Counted from the first letter of the stretch, positions 1 to 10,420 are shown. The stretch: 64,000 nt of DNA from Eubacteriales bacterium (GCA_045127215.1 JBGVPV010000046.1:1792-65791); one strand, 5' to 3'. Numbers and translations: made by a program. Notes: generated from the sequence alone by a model not told the origin.

Positions 1-32
1 ATTATCTGGTACACAAATACCTATTAAATATC

Positions 33-70
33 AAAAAAGGTTGCTTCACTTTGGTGAAGCAACCTTTTTT
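33..70. terminator. Bidirectional rho-independent terminator hairpin
   Basis: 12-bp perfect stem aggttgcttcac / gtgaagcaacct with 4-nt loop, flanked by an A-run and a T-run. It lies just downstream of the minus-strand CDS ending at 74. Confidence 0.75.
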
Positions 71-73
71 AAT

Positions 74-442
74 TTATATTCCTCGGCGCAACTGCTCATA
101 ACGCTTTTCTACGTAAGAGAGCTTACGGTAAACTGTTCTCTCATCGCAAAAATGTCGCATTGAAGAAGCAATTACCGCGTCCTTGATGTTTCTGCCGTAT
201 TTTCTCGCCGTACCTCGATAGATCTCGCAAAAGATCATGAGCTCCTCTCTTTTTCCTTCTGCCCTGAGCAGCCTTATAAGCTCCCAGACGGCAAACAGAT
301 CACGTGCTGAGTCTGCATTCGCACAGCTCATTTTGATGCGCTGACAAACCGTAAAAACATCAAGAGAGGGATCGTACAACCCAAGACGTATATATTTTTC
401 AAACGTTCTCGCAAGTCGCCTGCGACTCGTCATATTGTTCAT
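74..442 (-). CDS. Hypothetical small protein, possibly a helix-turn-helix/sigma-region-4-like regulator
   Basis: Intact ORF. I prefer the ATG at 442, which is preceded by GAGG about 6 nt upstream, over the TTG at 454. No motif I can name with certainty. Confidence 0.5.
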   Translation of the reverse strand: MNNMTSRRRLARTFEKYIRLGLYDPSLDVFTVCQRIKMSCANADSARDLFAVWELIRLLRAEGKREELMIFCEIYRGTARKYGRNIKDAVIASSMRHFCDERTVYRKLSYVEKRYEQLRRGI

Positions 443-505
443 TCCATACCTCAAATATTTTTATAATATCTTACGTTAATATTATAAATTATTTTCGTGT
501 ATTTG

Positions 506-1120
506 TCAAGTACGCCCGTCGTGATTCTCCGCATCTACCCCATCAGCGCGCAAGACCTTGAAAACCGTCGCGGCAACTATTTTGACGTCCTGTAACACGC
601 CGAATTCCTCAAGATATTTGGCGTCAAACGCCACCTTTTGCTCATCAGGCAAATTATTTCTGCCGTGTATCTGCGAAAGCCCCGTAATACCCGGGCGCAA
701 ATTGTACACGCCGAGCCGCGCTCTGCCCTCGTGAACCTTTGTCTCCTCTGCTATTAAGGGGCGTGGCCCCACCAAACTCATATCCCCCTTTAGCACGTTG
801 AATAGCTGTGGGAGCTCGTCAAGACTCGTACGGCGAAGGAATTTCCCCACGGGGGTGATAAATTTCTTAGCGTCAAGCCTTGCGGCAGGACAGCTTCTCG
901 GAGCATTTATATACATCGTGCGGAACTTATAGCAAGTAAAACGCCTGCCGCCCTTCCCTATTCTCGTTTGGCGAAATATCCCGCCGCCCTTCGAAGTAAG
1001 CGCCACCGCAAGCCATATAATAGCCATTGGCAGCAGTAAGAGCAGTATCAATACCGCGGAGAAAATAACGTCTAAAACTCTTTTTAATACGAAATATTTG
1101 TTTGCCGATTTGTAAAACAT
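506..1120 (-). CDS. Undecaprenyl-phosphate sugar phosphotransferase (bacterial sugar transferase family, WbaP/EpsL-like)
   Basis: N-terminal TM segment, then the motifs [42 protein letters not shown] and PGITGLSQ typical of the PF02397-type family. Confidence 0.9.
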   Translation of the reverse strand: MFYKSANKYFVLKRVLDVIFSAVLILLLLLPMAIIWLAVALTSKGGGIFRQTRIGKGGRRFTCYKFRTMYINAPRSCPAARLDAKKFITPVGKFLRRTSLDELPQLFNVLKGDMSLVGPRPLIAEETKVHEGRARLGVYNLRPGITGLSQIHGRNNLPDEQKVAFDAKYLEEFGVLQDVKIVAATVFKVLRADGVDAENHDGRT

Positions 1121-1238
1121 ACCTCACCGCCAAATATATATTTGGCATTAGCATTGACATCGGCGCTCAAAAAAATTCAATTTTAAAAAATAAATACTCT
1201 CGGAGCATACAACTCTGAGAGTATTTTTATAAAATATT

Positions 1239-2024
1239 TTAAGATTTTTGATATTCAAACAGTCGATACAGCTTTTGAGAAAATTTACCCGCATAGAGCT
1301 TTGAGAATATGCGTTTTTCAAAGCCCTTAAGCTCATTTACGTACTTTGACGGAGTCATCTCACGCTCACATACGAAACGCAGCTTATTTGTCTCAAACTC
1401 CTCAGGGTTATCAATTCCGTAAACCTCGGTAACACCCACATCGTTTATGGGGTTCTTATATTTTGACATCTTTGCGGCAAACACGGAATAAGAGTCCACG
1501 AGCATATAAAGATTTTCAAAATGATCCGAAAGATCATCTGCAAGCTTTCGCATCTGCGTAGCACCCATATACATACTCACGCCTTCCATGACTACGATAG
1601 CGGTGGCGGTTTGAGCTATACCGCTCAGCCACTCGCTCTCCCGAACGTCAGCAGAGATCATCTTATACCTCTCGGTTTCGGTATAATAACGCTTTCTCTC
1701 CTTGATAACCTCGGGAAAATCAATATCGTACCATACGTTATCCGCATGGTCCACTCTCTCGGCTCGGCTATCCATTCCGCAACCGATATGAAGCACTACC
1801 GCGCCAGGATTTTGGGAAATCTGATCCCTTACCCATTCGTCAAATACCGCGGCACGTACTCCCATATAATACGCGAGCCATTTAGATTTTGATTTTCCCT
1901 TCAGCTCAAAGCCCTCTGCCGCCCAGATCTGTTCAGCTTTTTTATCATCAAGAAATAACCCCCTGCGGCTGACGTACGCCTTACCGTACAGCGGAATATA
2001 TAAGGTTTTATTTACACTGTTCAT
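1239..2024 (-). CDS. Class I SAM-dependent methyltransferase (leucine carboxyl / TcmP-like O-methyltransferase family)
   Basis: 261-aa ORF with a SAM-binding-like VVLHIGCGMDSR motif and the overall LCM-family pattern (YISRRG-like N-terminus, EGVSMY). Confidence 0.75.
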   Translation of the reverse strand: MNSVNKTLYIPLYGKAYVSRRGLFLDDKKAEQIWAAEGFELKGKSKSKWLAYYMGVRAAVFDEWVRDQISQNPGAVVLHIGCGMDSRAERVDHADNVWYDIDFPEVIKERKRYYTETERYKMISADVRESEWLSGIAQTATAIVVMEGVSMYMGATQMRKLADDLSDHFENLYMLVDSYSVFAAKMSKYKNPINDVGVTEVYGIDNPEEFETNKLRFVCEREMTPSKYVNELKGFEKRIFSKLYAGKFSQKLYRLFEYQKS

Positions 2025-2108
2025 GATTCACCTGCAAATATATTTGTTTGATATCATTATAACACAAATCGGCAGAGAAAGCAATACTTTACCGAATTGT
2101 GTTGATTT

Positions 2109-2441
2109 TTAAGGAACACATACGACTGTCAGCGGTTTGTTATTTTTCTTCGCATAATCTAAAATATACTGTGTACCTTTAGATCGTCCGTCCCATATAA
2201 CTAAAACCGCATCAGCCATATCCACCATCAGATAGTTGCGTTTTATAGGAGCGCCACGTCCGTATCGAGCGTAATCGGGGCGTATAATATATTTCGAGAT
2301 ACGGCGACTGTCGGCATATTGCTCTGCCAAACTATCCACACCACGCGCACCACCGCTAATAATGGTATCTACTTCAGGCAAAACGTAAGCGGACAAATCA
2401 AAATTATCAATACTACGTGAACCAACTATAAGTAATTTCAT
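2109..2441 (-). CDS. SLOG/DUF2493-like Rossmann-fold protein
   Basis: MKLLIVGSR ... ISGGARGVDSLAEQYA ... VLVIWDGRSKGT pattern characteristic of the DUF2493/YspA-DprA-like SLOG fold. Confidence 0.7.
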   Translation of the reverse strand: MKLLIVGSRSIDNFDLSAYVLPEVDTIISGGARGVDSLAEQYADSRRISKYIIRPDYARYGRGAPIKRNYLMVDMADAVLVIWDGRSKGTQYILDYAKKNNKPLTVVCVP

Positions 2442-2550
2442 TGAATACCCCCTATATTTTTAGTATATCCTTATATAAGTATATACTAAAATAGGGATAT
2501 TGTCAATCAGGTATATATTCTATAAAATATATACTAAAGGGGGGATATTT

Positions 2551-2757
2551 ATGATAAAACTGACCATAGATAAATATTTGGATGCTCACGGTATAACCAG
2601 ATATGAACTGGCCAAACGCACCGAAATTAAATTTCAAACTATAGACCGCTACTATAAAAATCACGTTATCCGTTATGACGCTTATATCTTAGACAAGATC
2701 TGCAATGCATTACAGTGTGATATAAGTGATATCATAGAATACGTTGATGACAATTAA
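2551..2757 (+). CDS. XRE/Cro-type helix-turn-helix transcriptional regulator (68 aa)
   Basis: The ATG at 2551 is preceded by AAAGGGGGG. The sequence ITRYELAKRTEIKFQTIDRYYKN ... LDKICNALQCDISDIIEY is typical of small Cro/CI HTH proteins. The longer ORF from 2500 lacks an RBS. Confidence 0.8.
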   Translation: MIKLTIDKYLDAHGITRYELAKRTEIKFQTIDRYYKNHVIRYDAYILDKICNALQCDISDIIEYVDDN

Positions 2758-2775
2758 AATAACCGTTTAAATATG

Positions 2776-2809
2776 AAAACCGCTACGGATGTGATACGTA
2801 GCGGTTTTT
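2776..2809. terminator. Bidirectional terminator hairpin
   Basis: aaaaccgctacg ... cgtagcggtttt stem-loop between convergent genes. Confidence 0.75.
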
Positions 2810-2814
2810 ATGTA

Positions 2815-4092
2815 TTATTCCTTCGCGCTCTTTCTTGATATACGCTTATATATCTCCTCGGTTGCAAGACGCGCCTTGGGAACAAGATGTCTGCGCTCCT
2901 TAGGTACGCAATAATACATCGCGTCCTGATTTCCAAGACCTATAACGTCGCCTATCTTATACCAATAGAAATCGGAATTGAGCGAATAGAGAGAGATGGA
3001 TTTCTGCGAATAATTAAGCTCGCCGTTACAGCCCGTAAGCTCAAAGCCTTCGACGCTGTGCGTAAGCGTGCCCTCTCCAACGTTGAATACGCCCTTGGAG
3101 TTAACTATCATATAAATATCAACGGGCTCACTAAAGCCGTATTCGTCCTTATCAAGCTCTGCCTTTACCTGCTCGCGCTCCCATGCGTACCAATTGGGGA
3201 TATGATCAAATTCAGTATCTCCGTCCGTCGCTTTCATAAATCCAAGCTCGGTAAGCTCCCAAGCCTTTTGACAGCTACCGCAGGTAAGATAAGTTCCAAG
3301 TCCGAGCATCTGACCCTCCGCAAGACAGTGAGGGCACTTATAAAGCACTCTCTCAAGTCCGTCCGCACGGAATTTCTCGTCTATCTTGATGCCGTTTTCC
3401 TGTTGCCATTTGAAATTATCAAAGGAAAATTCGCGCTTTACTACCTCTGCTATCTCCTCGGCACTCATCTGTGCGACCTGCTCAGCAGAAAGAACGTATC
3501 TCAGCTCTGCGCTGACCTTAACGTCTCTGTTCTGCAACTCATTATAAAGCGGATCGCGGTGGTATGCGCCAAAAGTTTCAAGCATAACGAACGGCACACC
3601 GAGCATCTTGATAAACTTAGGCAAGCTATCGGGAAGCGTTGTGGTAGTTCCGTCAAAGCTGTATCCTGCCTCGGGGTACATAAGCACCGACGTTCCAAGC
3701 TTTTTGACACAGTGTCTTATATCTCTTACAAGACCGATATCAAACACAAACTTTCTCGTGGGAGTACAGCCAAGCTGGCGCATAAGCCACTCCTTACCTA
3801 CGAAAGCGTCAAGAGTCGCCACTATGTTGAACGGGCGTGGGTAAAGAACGCTTGATGCGATCTTAAGATCGATAAAGCTTGAGTGATTCATAAGTATCAG
3901 GCAAGGCTCTTTTTTGCCGAGCTTTTCCATACCTACCTTACGGCACTTAAACTTAGTTGCCATAAGATCGGGAGTAGATACTACCTTCAAAAGTGTACGG
4001 AATAAAATATTTGGCTTCTTGGGGCGTTTATTTTCCATACGCTTCATAGCCATTACTTCCGAGAATGCGCGCTGATTTTCTTTAATATTCAT
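2815..4092 (-). CDS. Lysophospholipid (1-acyl-sn-glycerol-3-phosphate) acyltransferase family protein
   Basis: HxxxxD acyltransferase motif (NHSSFID) followed by a PEAGYS-type motif. 425 aa. Confidence 0.8.
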   Translation of the reverse strand: MNIKENQRAFSEVMAMKRMENKRPKKPNILFRTLLKVVSTPDLMATKFKCRKVGMEKLGKKEPCLILMNHSSFIDLKIASSVLYPRPFNIVATLDAFVGKEWLMRQLGCTPTRKFVFDIGLVRDIRHCVKKLGTSVLMYPEAGYSFDGTTTTLPDSLPKFIKMLGVPFVMLETFGAYHRDPLYNELQNRDVKVSAELRYVLSAEQVAQMSAEEIAEVVKREFSFDNFKWQQENGIKIDEKFRADGLERVLYKCPHCLAEGQMLGLGTYLTCGSCQKAWELTELGFMKATDGDTEFDHIPNWYAWEREQVKAELDKDEYGFSEPVDIYMIVNSKGVFNVGEGTLTHSVEGFELTGCNGELNYSQKSISLYSLNSDFYWYKIGDVIGLGNQDAMYYCVPKERRHLVPKARLATEEIYKRISRKSAKE

Positions 4093-4189
4093 ACGTCCTC
4101 CGGGGCGCCGCGGCGCTTATATTTTGACTTCCGTCCTTCATTATATCACAAATGTCGAATTATTGCAATAGAAATACAGAGAAAAGTAG

Positions 4190-5683
4190 TTACTCCACAA
4201 ATACAAATCTATCAGCGCCAACCTCACCCGTCACCGAAGCAGGAGACACCTTATAGCGTTTTGCTATACTCCACAGCGTATCCTCGGGCTCGGGATAACA
4301 CACGGTAAGCTCCGCCACTCTTTTAGCGGGATATCTCTCCCCCTCCTCAAGCGCCTCTACCGCAAGCAAACGGCTTTCTGCCATACAGTCAGCGCTTACC
4401 CAAAGCTCTGCATCAACGCAGAGATTTTCACCGTCTATGCGGCATCTGAGTCCGTCAAGCGTTACGCTTGCGTCAAAGCACGCTACCGCCGCATCCTCCG
4501 CAGCGGAATGCTCGTATTTGATAGGAATATGAAGCTCTTGCGCTCCGAATTCCCCGTCCTTACGCCATATCAGAGAGAGGTCTGCGTTGCCGCTAAAGAC
4601 GTATTTTCCTGCCAGAGACTCACAACTCTGCATATACGCTTTGCCGCAGACGTCGATTATCTCGGCGTCCGCAGGTATCGTCGTCTCGGAGAGGGAGAGT
4701 CTCTCACTCAGCGTAGCGTTTCCACCGCCGCAAACGGTCATTCTTCTTGCCGCTATCGGAGCTGTAATACACCCACACTCGTATTCCGAGGAATATGCGT
4801 CAGCCGTATACTCCTGCTCGGCGTTAACGCACGCCACGACCTCGCTTACAACACCCATAGCGCACTCAACGCCCTCGTCACCTACGTTTACCGTCATATC
4901 GCAAACCGTTGCCACAGCGCGTACAGAAGCCTCACAGAGCGATATCTCATTTTCAGTCTCAAAAGGTATCTCCTTCATACGCGTGCTGAACTCACCACCG
5001 TCGCTGACGCAAAGCAGCTTGACACACACCTTGCCCTGACAGCGCACGCCGCTTTGCGTACAAGTAGCCGAGCTTACGGTAGCGGTAGCGTCCGCGATGA
5101 CTATCCTTACGTCGTCAGAGAGCGGAGGCAACACACAGCTCAGCGGTACTATCTCGGAGAGTGAGCTTTGGCAATCAAGGCGCACGCCGCGTTCCATACG
5201 TCTGAAAATGCTGTTGTCTCCCTCATTTCCCATTATCTCAGCGCCGACGTGTCTTTTGCCTATCACTCTCACACAAGGACGCAAGCGGCAACGTATACTC
5301 AGCTTTCTCGGTGCGCTGACTCGGGTAGTGACAGCGTCGCTTCTGATACCGCACAGCACGCTTATCTCGTTCTCTGTGCCCCCCACCTCGATCGGCACAC
5401 TGAAGGCATAAGCCTCGGAAAGCACGGTGCAATAAAGCTCACCGTCGCTACCCACGTAAGTAACGTGAAAATCCACCGTTCCGCTAAATTCCACCTCGGA
5501 GGCGCTTACGTACTTTGCAGGCGGCAGGACCTGAGTATCCACGCGTAATATCCTTCGTATCTCACACTGATAGTCGGGCAGAATAAATTCACCCGTCACC
5601 TCTGCAGAGATCTCACGCTCGTAAAGCGCGACGCCAAAGTAGTCGTTTTGATTTTGATCCTTACACTTATTCATCATAGCCAT
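4190..5683 (-). CDS. DUF3794-like protein with C-terminal LysM domain
   Basis: 497-aa Cys/Val-rich repeats typical of Clostridial DUF3794 proteins. The C-terminus TVCYPEPEDTLWSIAKRYKVSPASV is a LysM motif. Confidence 0.7.
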   Translation of the reverse strand: MAMMNKCKDQNQNDYFGVALYEREISAEVTGEFILPDYQCEIRRILRVDTQVLPPAKYVSASEVEFSGTVDFHVTYVGSDGELYCTVLSEAYAFSVPIEVGGTENEISVLCGIRSDAVTTRVSAPRKLSIRCRLRPCVRVIGKRHVGAEIMGNEGDNSIFRRMERGVRLDCQSSLSEIVPLSCVLPPLSDDVRIVIADATATVSSATCTQSGVRCQGKVCVKLLCVSDGGEFSTRMKEIPFETENEISLCEASVRAVATVCDMTVNVGDEGVECAMGVVSEVVACVNAEQEYTADAYSSEYECGCITAPIAARRMTVCGGGNATLSERLSLSETTIPADAEIIDVCGKAYMQSCESLAGKYVFSGNADLSLIWRKDGEFGAQELHIPIKYEHSAAEDAAVACFDASVTLDGLRCRIDGENLCVDAELWVSADCMAESRLLAVEALEEGERYPAKRVAELTVCYPEPEDTLWSIAKRYKVSPASVTGEVGADRFVFVE

Positions 5684-5770
5684 TCTCCTTTTTTATGCTT
5701 TACGCTAAAATATATGTGCGCAACTGTAAAAATATTACGCTTCGGGGAGCTATTGAACGCCTTATTTCTC

Positions 5771-5799
5771 TTGACATTTGGCTTTATAAATGATATAAT
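5771..5799 (+). promoter_or_regulatory. Consensus sigma-A promoter for the DUF512-der-obg block
   Basis: TTGACA (5771-5776), 17-nt spacer, TATAAT (5794-5799). Confidence 0.6.
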
Positions 5800-5863
5800 A
5801 TACTATGTATGACTATGCGTATATACTGATATACACGTTACATTTTTTTGAAAGGAAGCAACA

Positions 5864-7171
5864 ATGGTTACTATTACGAGCGTTATAGAGGGCAGCCGCG
5901 CCGAAAAGGCTGGAATTCTCCCGGGTGACGTACTGATCTCCATAAATAAAAAAGAAATAAACGACGTTCTTGATTACCGCTTTCATCTTGCAAACAAGTC
6001 GGTAGCTCTGCTCGTAATGCGTGGAGAAAAAACCAAGAAATTCAAGATCAAAAAGCTGGAGTACGACGATATAGGGCTTGACTTTGAAACGCCCCTTATG
6101 GACAAAAAGCATTCGTGTGAGAACAAGTGCGTATTCTGTTTTATCGATCAGCTGCCGCGCGGTATGAGAAAATCCCTTTATTTCAAGGATGACGACTCCC
6201 GTCTTTCCTTCCTTCACGGCAACTATATAACACTCACAAATCTTCACGAAAAGGATATTCAACGCATAATCGATATGCGTATTTCTCCCGTAAATATTTC
6301 AGTACACACCACAAACCCCGAGCTTCGCGTACAGATGATGCACAACAAACGCGCAGGCGAGGTACTGAAGTATTTGCAGATGCTCGCAGACGCAGGCATC
6401 TCCATCTGCGCTCAGATAGTGCTATGCAAGGGTCTTAACGACGGTAAAGAGCTTGACCGCACCATGTGTGACCTCGAAAAGCTCGCCCCCGCGCTGACAA
6501 GCACCTCAGTAGTTCCCGCAGGACTTACACGTTTCCGTGACGGGCTCTATCAGCTTGACAGCTTTACCCCCGAGGAATGTAAGAGCATTATAGAACAAGT
6601 CAATTTCTTTGGAGATATGTGCCGCGTAAAGCACGGAACGCGTCTTTTCTTCCCTGCGGACGAGCTTTACATCAAGGCAGGACTTGAGCTGCCGGGCGAC
6701 GAATTCTACGAGGACTACTCACAGATAGAAAACGGCGTTGGTATGATAACCGATATGAAGACCTCCGTGCTTCTCGCCCTTGAGGACGAGGAATGGAAGC
6801 AATACGAGGGTATTGTCCGTCGCGTATCCATTGCCACGGGAGTTGCCGCCGAGGAGCTTATGCGCTCTCTTGCCGCAAAGATAAAGCAAAAATTCAGCGG
6901 TGTGGACGTAAACGTGTATACCGTTAAAAACAATTTCTTTGGAGAAAAGATAACCGTATCCGGACTGCTTACGGGCAAGGATATAATGGAACAGCTCGCG
7001 GGACGTGAGCTTGGCGAGGAGCTTATAATCCCCCCGTCCTGCCTCAGAGCCGAGGGCGACGTGCTTCTTGACGATATTTCCCCCGAGGAAATCTCGGAGA
7101 AGCTTGGAGTTAAGGTCTCTCCCGCAGGTAACGGTGCGGAAGGATTTATACGCTCCGTACTCGGTATATGA
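5864..7171 (+). CDS. DUF512 / radical SAM family protein with N-terminal PDZ domain
   Basis: PDZ-like N-terminus (GSRAEKAGILPGDVLISINKKEI) and a Cys cluster CENKCVFCF. Position immediately upstream of der is as seen in many Clostridia. Confidence 0.85.
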   Translation: MVTITSVIEGSRAEKAGILPGDVLISINKKEINDVLDYRFHLANKSVALLVMRGEKTKKFKIKKLEYDDIGLDFETPLMDKKHSCENKCVFCFIDQLPRGMRKSLYFKDDDSRLSFLHGNYITLTNLHEKDIQRIIDMRISPVNISVHTTNPELRVQMMHNKRAGEVLKYLQMLADAGISICAQIVLCKGLNDGKELDRTMCDLEKLAPALTSTSVVPAGLTRFRDGLYQLDSFTPEECKSIIEQVNFFGDMCRVKHGTRLFFPADELYIKAGLELPGDEFYEDYSQIENGVGMITDMKTSVLLALEDEEWKQYEGIVRRVSIATGVAAEELMRSLAAKIKQKFSGVDVNVYTVKNNFFGEKITVSGLLTGKDIMEQLAGRELGEELIIPPSCLRAEGDVLLDDISPEEISEKLGVKVSPAGNGAEGFIRSVLGI

Positions 7172-7199
7172 CCGAAATAAACCAGAAAAGGAGACAGAT

Positions 7200-8528
7200 A
7201 TGTCAAAACCTATAATTGCAATAGTTGGCAGACCTAACGTAGGAAAAAGCACTCTCTTTAACAAGCTTATCGGAGAGCGCCGCTCGATAGTCGAGGATAT
7301 CCCCGGGGTCACCAGAGACAGAATATACGGAGAGACCGAATGGGGCGGCAAAAAATTCATCGTTATCGACACGGGTGGAATTGAGCCTAAGACCGACGAT
7401 ATAATTCTCTCGCAGATGCGTTTTCAGGCGCAGATCGCAATCGAGAGCGCCGACGTAATTCTCTTTATGTGCGACGTACGCACGGGACTTACCGCGTCCG
7501 ACCGCGATATTGCCGTAATGCTTCAAAAGAGCGGCAAGCCTATAATCCCCTGCATCAACAAGTGCGACAGTGTTGGACACGTTCCGTTTGAATTCTACGA
7601 GTTCTACGAGCTCGGATTTGACAGAGAGCCTATCGCACTCTCGTCAGTTCACGGAAGCGGCACGGGTGATATACTTGACGAGGTGCTGGCATCACTTCCC
7701 GAGGAGGACTTTGAGGAGGTTGAGGACGACAGCATCAAGGTTGCCGTTATCGGTAAGCCGAATGCTGGTAAATCATCTATCATCAACAGAATAGTCGGTG
7801 AAAACCGTCTCATCGTTTCCAATATTGCAGGAACTACGCGCGACGCCGTAGATACACTTGTAGAAAACGAACACGGCAAGTTTACGTTTATCGATACCGC
7901 AGGAATACGCCGTTCCTCCAAGATCAACGATAAGATAGAAAAATACAGCGTGCTTCGCGCCCACATGGCAGTTGAACGCGCTGATGTCTGCCTTATCATG
8001 ATAGACGCAGGCACGGGTATTACCGAGCAGGACGAAAAGATCGCAGGTATCGCCCATGAAGCAGGAAAAGCGTGTATCATCGTAGTAAACAAGTGGGATA
8101 GTATAGAGAAGGACAACAGTACGGTAAACAGCTTCAACGAACGTATCAGAACTGCTCTTGCCTATATGCCCTACGCGCCCATAGTTTACGTTTCGGCTCT
8201 CACGGGTCAGAGAGTGACCACGCTCTTCGAGCACATCAAGTACGTACACAATCAGGCAAATACCCGTATTTCCACAGGTATGCTCAACGACGTGCTTGCA
8301 GAAGCTACAATGCGTGTTCAGCCTCCGTCTGACAAGGGCAAGCGTCTGAAGATCTACTATATGACTCAGGCATCCGTTGCTCCCCCCACGTTCGTGCTGT
8401 TCTGCAACGACGCAGAGCTTTTCCACTTCTCTTATCAGAGATATATTGAGAACTGCCTGCGCCAGACCTTTGGCTTTAGCGGCACTCCCATACGCCTGAC
8501 CATTAGAATGAAGGGCGACAACAAGTAA
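7200..8528 (+). CDS. der: Ribosome-associated GTPase Der (EngA)
   Basis: Two tandem GTPase domains (GRPNVGKSTLFN and GKPNAGKSSIIN, DTGG/DTAG, NKCD/NKWD) plus a KH-like C-terminus. The start at 7200 gives MSKPIIAIVG. Confidence 0.97.
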   Translation: MSKPIIAIVGRPNVGKSTLFNKLIGERRSIVEDIPGVTRDRIYGETEWGGKKFIVIDTGGIEPKTDDIILSQMRFQAQIAIESADVILFMCDVRTGLTASDRDIAVMLQKSGKPIIPCINKCDSVGHVPFEFYEFYELGFDREPIALSSVHGSGTGDILDEVLASLPEEDFEEVEDDSIKVAVIGKPNAGKSSIINRIVGENRLIVSNIAGTTRDAVDTLVENEHGKFTFIDTAGIRRSSKINDKIEKYSVLRAHMAVERADVCLIMIDAGTGITEQDEKIAGIAHEAGKACIIVVNKWDSIEKDNSTVNSFNERIRTALAYMPYAPIVYVSALTGQRVTTLFEHIKYVHNQANTRISTGMLNDVLAEATMRVQPPSDKGKRLKIYYMTQASVAPPTFVLFCNDAELFHFSYQRYIENCLRQTFGFSGTPIRLTIRMKGDNK

Positions 8529-8558
8529 GCTCCAAAACCCAAATAAGGAGGAAAACTT

Positions 8559-9839
8559 ATGTTTGTAGATAACGTAAAAATATATATAAAAGCCGGAGAC
8601 GGCGGTAACGGCGCTATCGCTTTCCACCGAGAGAAATACGTTTCTCACGGCGGTCCCAGCGGCGGTGACGGCGGTCACGGCGGAAATATCGTTTTCCGCA
8701 TAGACGAGGGCACCAATACCCTGCTCGCGTTCCGTTACAAGCACAAATTCATAGCTCAGAACGGCGGAAACGGCAAAACCGAAAAGTTCCACGGCGCAAC
8801 AGCTGATGACCTTATAATAACCGTGCCCCCCGGAACTATCATTCGAGACGCCGCAAGCGGCAAGATAATTCACGATATGACCGAAAATGACGGTGCTGAC
8901 TACGTTTGCTGTAAAGGCGGCAGAGGCGGTTGGGGTAACAGACATTTTGCAACGCCCACCCGTCAGATCCCCATGTTCGCGAAAAACGGTACCAAGGGCG
9001 AGGAAAAGGAGGTTATCCTCGAGCTTAAAATGCTCGCTGACGTCGGACTTATAGGATATCCCAGCGTTGGAAAATCCTCTATTCTCTCTTGTATCAGCGC
9101 GGCAAAGCCTAAGATCGCGGATTATCACTTCACAACGCTTTCCCCAAATCTCGGCGTGGTATCCACGGGCGGTGAGGGCGGATTCGTTGCGGCAGATATT
9201 CCCGGACTTATCGAGGGCGCATCCGAAGGACTTGGACTCGGACACGCATTCCTTCGTCACGTTGACCGTTGCAGACTGCTTCTGCACGTGGTCGACATCT
9301 CCTGCTTTGAGGGCAGAGATCCCGTAGAAGACATCAAGATGATAAACACCGAGCTTGAAAAATACAGCCCCGAGCTTGCTACGCGTCCGCAGGTCATAAT
9401 TGCCAACAAGGTGGACTCCCTTGACCGCGAATACGTTGACGTTGACGCGTTTGAGGCATACGTAAACGAGCTTGGATGTCCGCTACTCTACGTTTCCGCG
9501 GCAACGGGAGAGGGACTTGACGAGATGGTTAAGCTGTGCGCAGAAATGCTTGCAGAGCTTCCTCCCATGCTCATCTACGAGCCTGAATACACAAGCGTCG
9601 ACGAATACGTTGAGAGCGCAAGAGAAACTGTTATACGCCGTGAAAATGACACCTTCTACGTTGAAGGCGATTGGCTCTACAACCTTATGGGACAGATCAA
9701 CTTTGACGACTACGAGTCGCTCAATTACTTCCAGAAGGTACTCAAGAACAGCGGAGTTTTTGCAATGCTTGAGGCAAAGGGCTGTGCAGACGGACACACC
9801 GTTTCAATTTACGATTTTGAGTTTGATTACGTTAAATAA
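8559..9839 (+). CDS. obg: GTPase Obg/CgtA
   Basis: MFVDNVKIYIKAGDGGNGAIAFHREKY Obg fold, Gly-rich region, G domain (GYPSVGKSS, DIPGLIEGAS, NKVD) and an OCT-like C-terminal domain. Confidence 0.97.
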   Translation: MFVDNVKIYIKAGDGGNGAIAFHREKYVSHGGPSGGDGGHGGNIVFRIDEGTNTLLAFRYKHKFIAQNGGNGKTEKFHGATADDLIITVPPGTIIRDAASGKIIHDMTENDGADYVCCKGGRGGWGNRHFATPTRQIPMFAKNGTKGEEKEVILELKMLADVGLIGYPSVGKSSILSCISAAKPKIADYHFTTLSPNLGVVSTGGEGGFVAADIPGLIEGASEGLGLGHAFLRHVDRCRLLLHVVDISCFEGRDPVEDIKMINTELEKYSPELATRPQVIIANKVDSLDREYVDVDAFEAYVNELGCPLLYVSAATGEGLDEMVKLCAEMLAELPPMLIYEPEYTSVDEYVESARETVIRRENDTFYVEGDWLYNLMGQINFDDYESLNYFQKVLKNSGVFAMLEAKGCADGHTVSIYDFEFDYVK

Positions 9840-9868
9840 TTGAATTTTTATCAGAAAGGAATAAGCTT

Positions 9869-10420
9869 ATGAACATTTGGCACGATTTTCCCCCGAAAGC
9901 TATAACGCCCGAGGATTTTTCCGCCGTTATAGAGATCCCCAAAGGAAGCAATTGCAAGTACGAGCTCGACAAGGACACGGGACGTCTGCGTCTTGACCGA
10001 GTTCTCTACACCTCCACGCACTATCCTGCCAATTACGGTTTTATTCCGCGCACCTATGCGGATGACGGCGACCCGCTTGACGTTCTCGTACTGTGTGACG
10101 TTGCTATTCACCCGCTGACGCTCGTGCGCGTTTATCCCATTGGCGTTATGCGAATGATAGACGGCGGTGCGCTTGACGATAAAATTATAGCTATTCCCTT
10201 TTCAGATCCCACCTACAATAACATCAAATCTGTCGAAGAACTTCCGCATCACATCTTCGATGAAATAATGCACTTCTTTACGGTCTACAAGCAGCTTGAA
10301 AACAAGCAGACCGCCGTAAAAGAGTTGCTTTCAGCGAAAGAGGCGTGCGATATCATAAAAGAGTGCATTGATAACTACAACAAAAAATTCGGCGACAGAG
10401 AACAAAGATTCCCCTCATGA
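9869..10420 (+). CDS. ppa: Inorganic pyrophosphatase (family I)
   Basis: EIPKGSNCKYELD ... YPANYGFIP ... DGDPLDVLVL signature. Confidence 0.95.
   Translation: MNIWHDFPPKAITPEDFSAVIEIPKGSNCKYELDKDTGRLRLDRVLYTSTHYPANYGFIPRTYADDGDPLDVLVLCDVAIHPLTLVRVYPIGVMRMIDGGALDDKIIAIPFSDPTYNNIKSVEELPHHIFDEIMHFFTVYKQLENKQTAVKELLSAKEACDIIKECIDNYNKKFGDREQRFPS

Noticed and set aside
2887-3855. 322-aa plus-strand ORF inside the acyltransferase gene, plus other nested ORFs at 3501..3844.
   Set aside because: The minus-strand frame carries the HxxxxD acyltransferase motif and spans the whole region. The nested ORFs have no start signals.
4508-5548. Several 100-220-aa plus-strand ORFs within the DUF3794/LysM gene.
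   Set aside because: They overlap each other and the long minus-strand ORF that ends in a clear LysM motif, so they are treated as shadow frames.
5813-6262. 149-aa minus-strand ORF overlapping the DUF512 promoter and the 5-prime end of the gene.
   Set aside because: It overlaps a well-supported plus-strand gene and its consensus promoter, and it has no RBS or recognisable domain.
7773-9287. 504-aa minus-strand ORF spanning der and obg.
   Set aside because: It is antisense to two highly conserved GTPase genes and crosses their intergenic gap. It has no SD, and its composition is typical of a stop-poor antisense frame.
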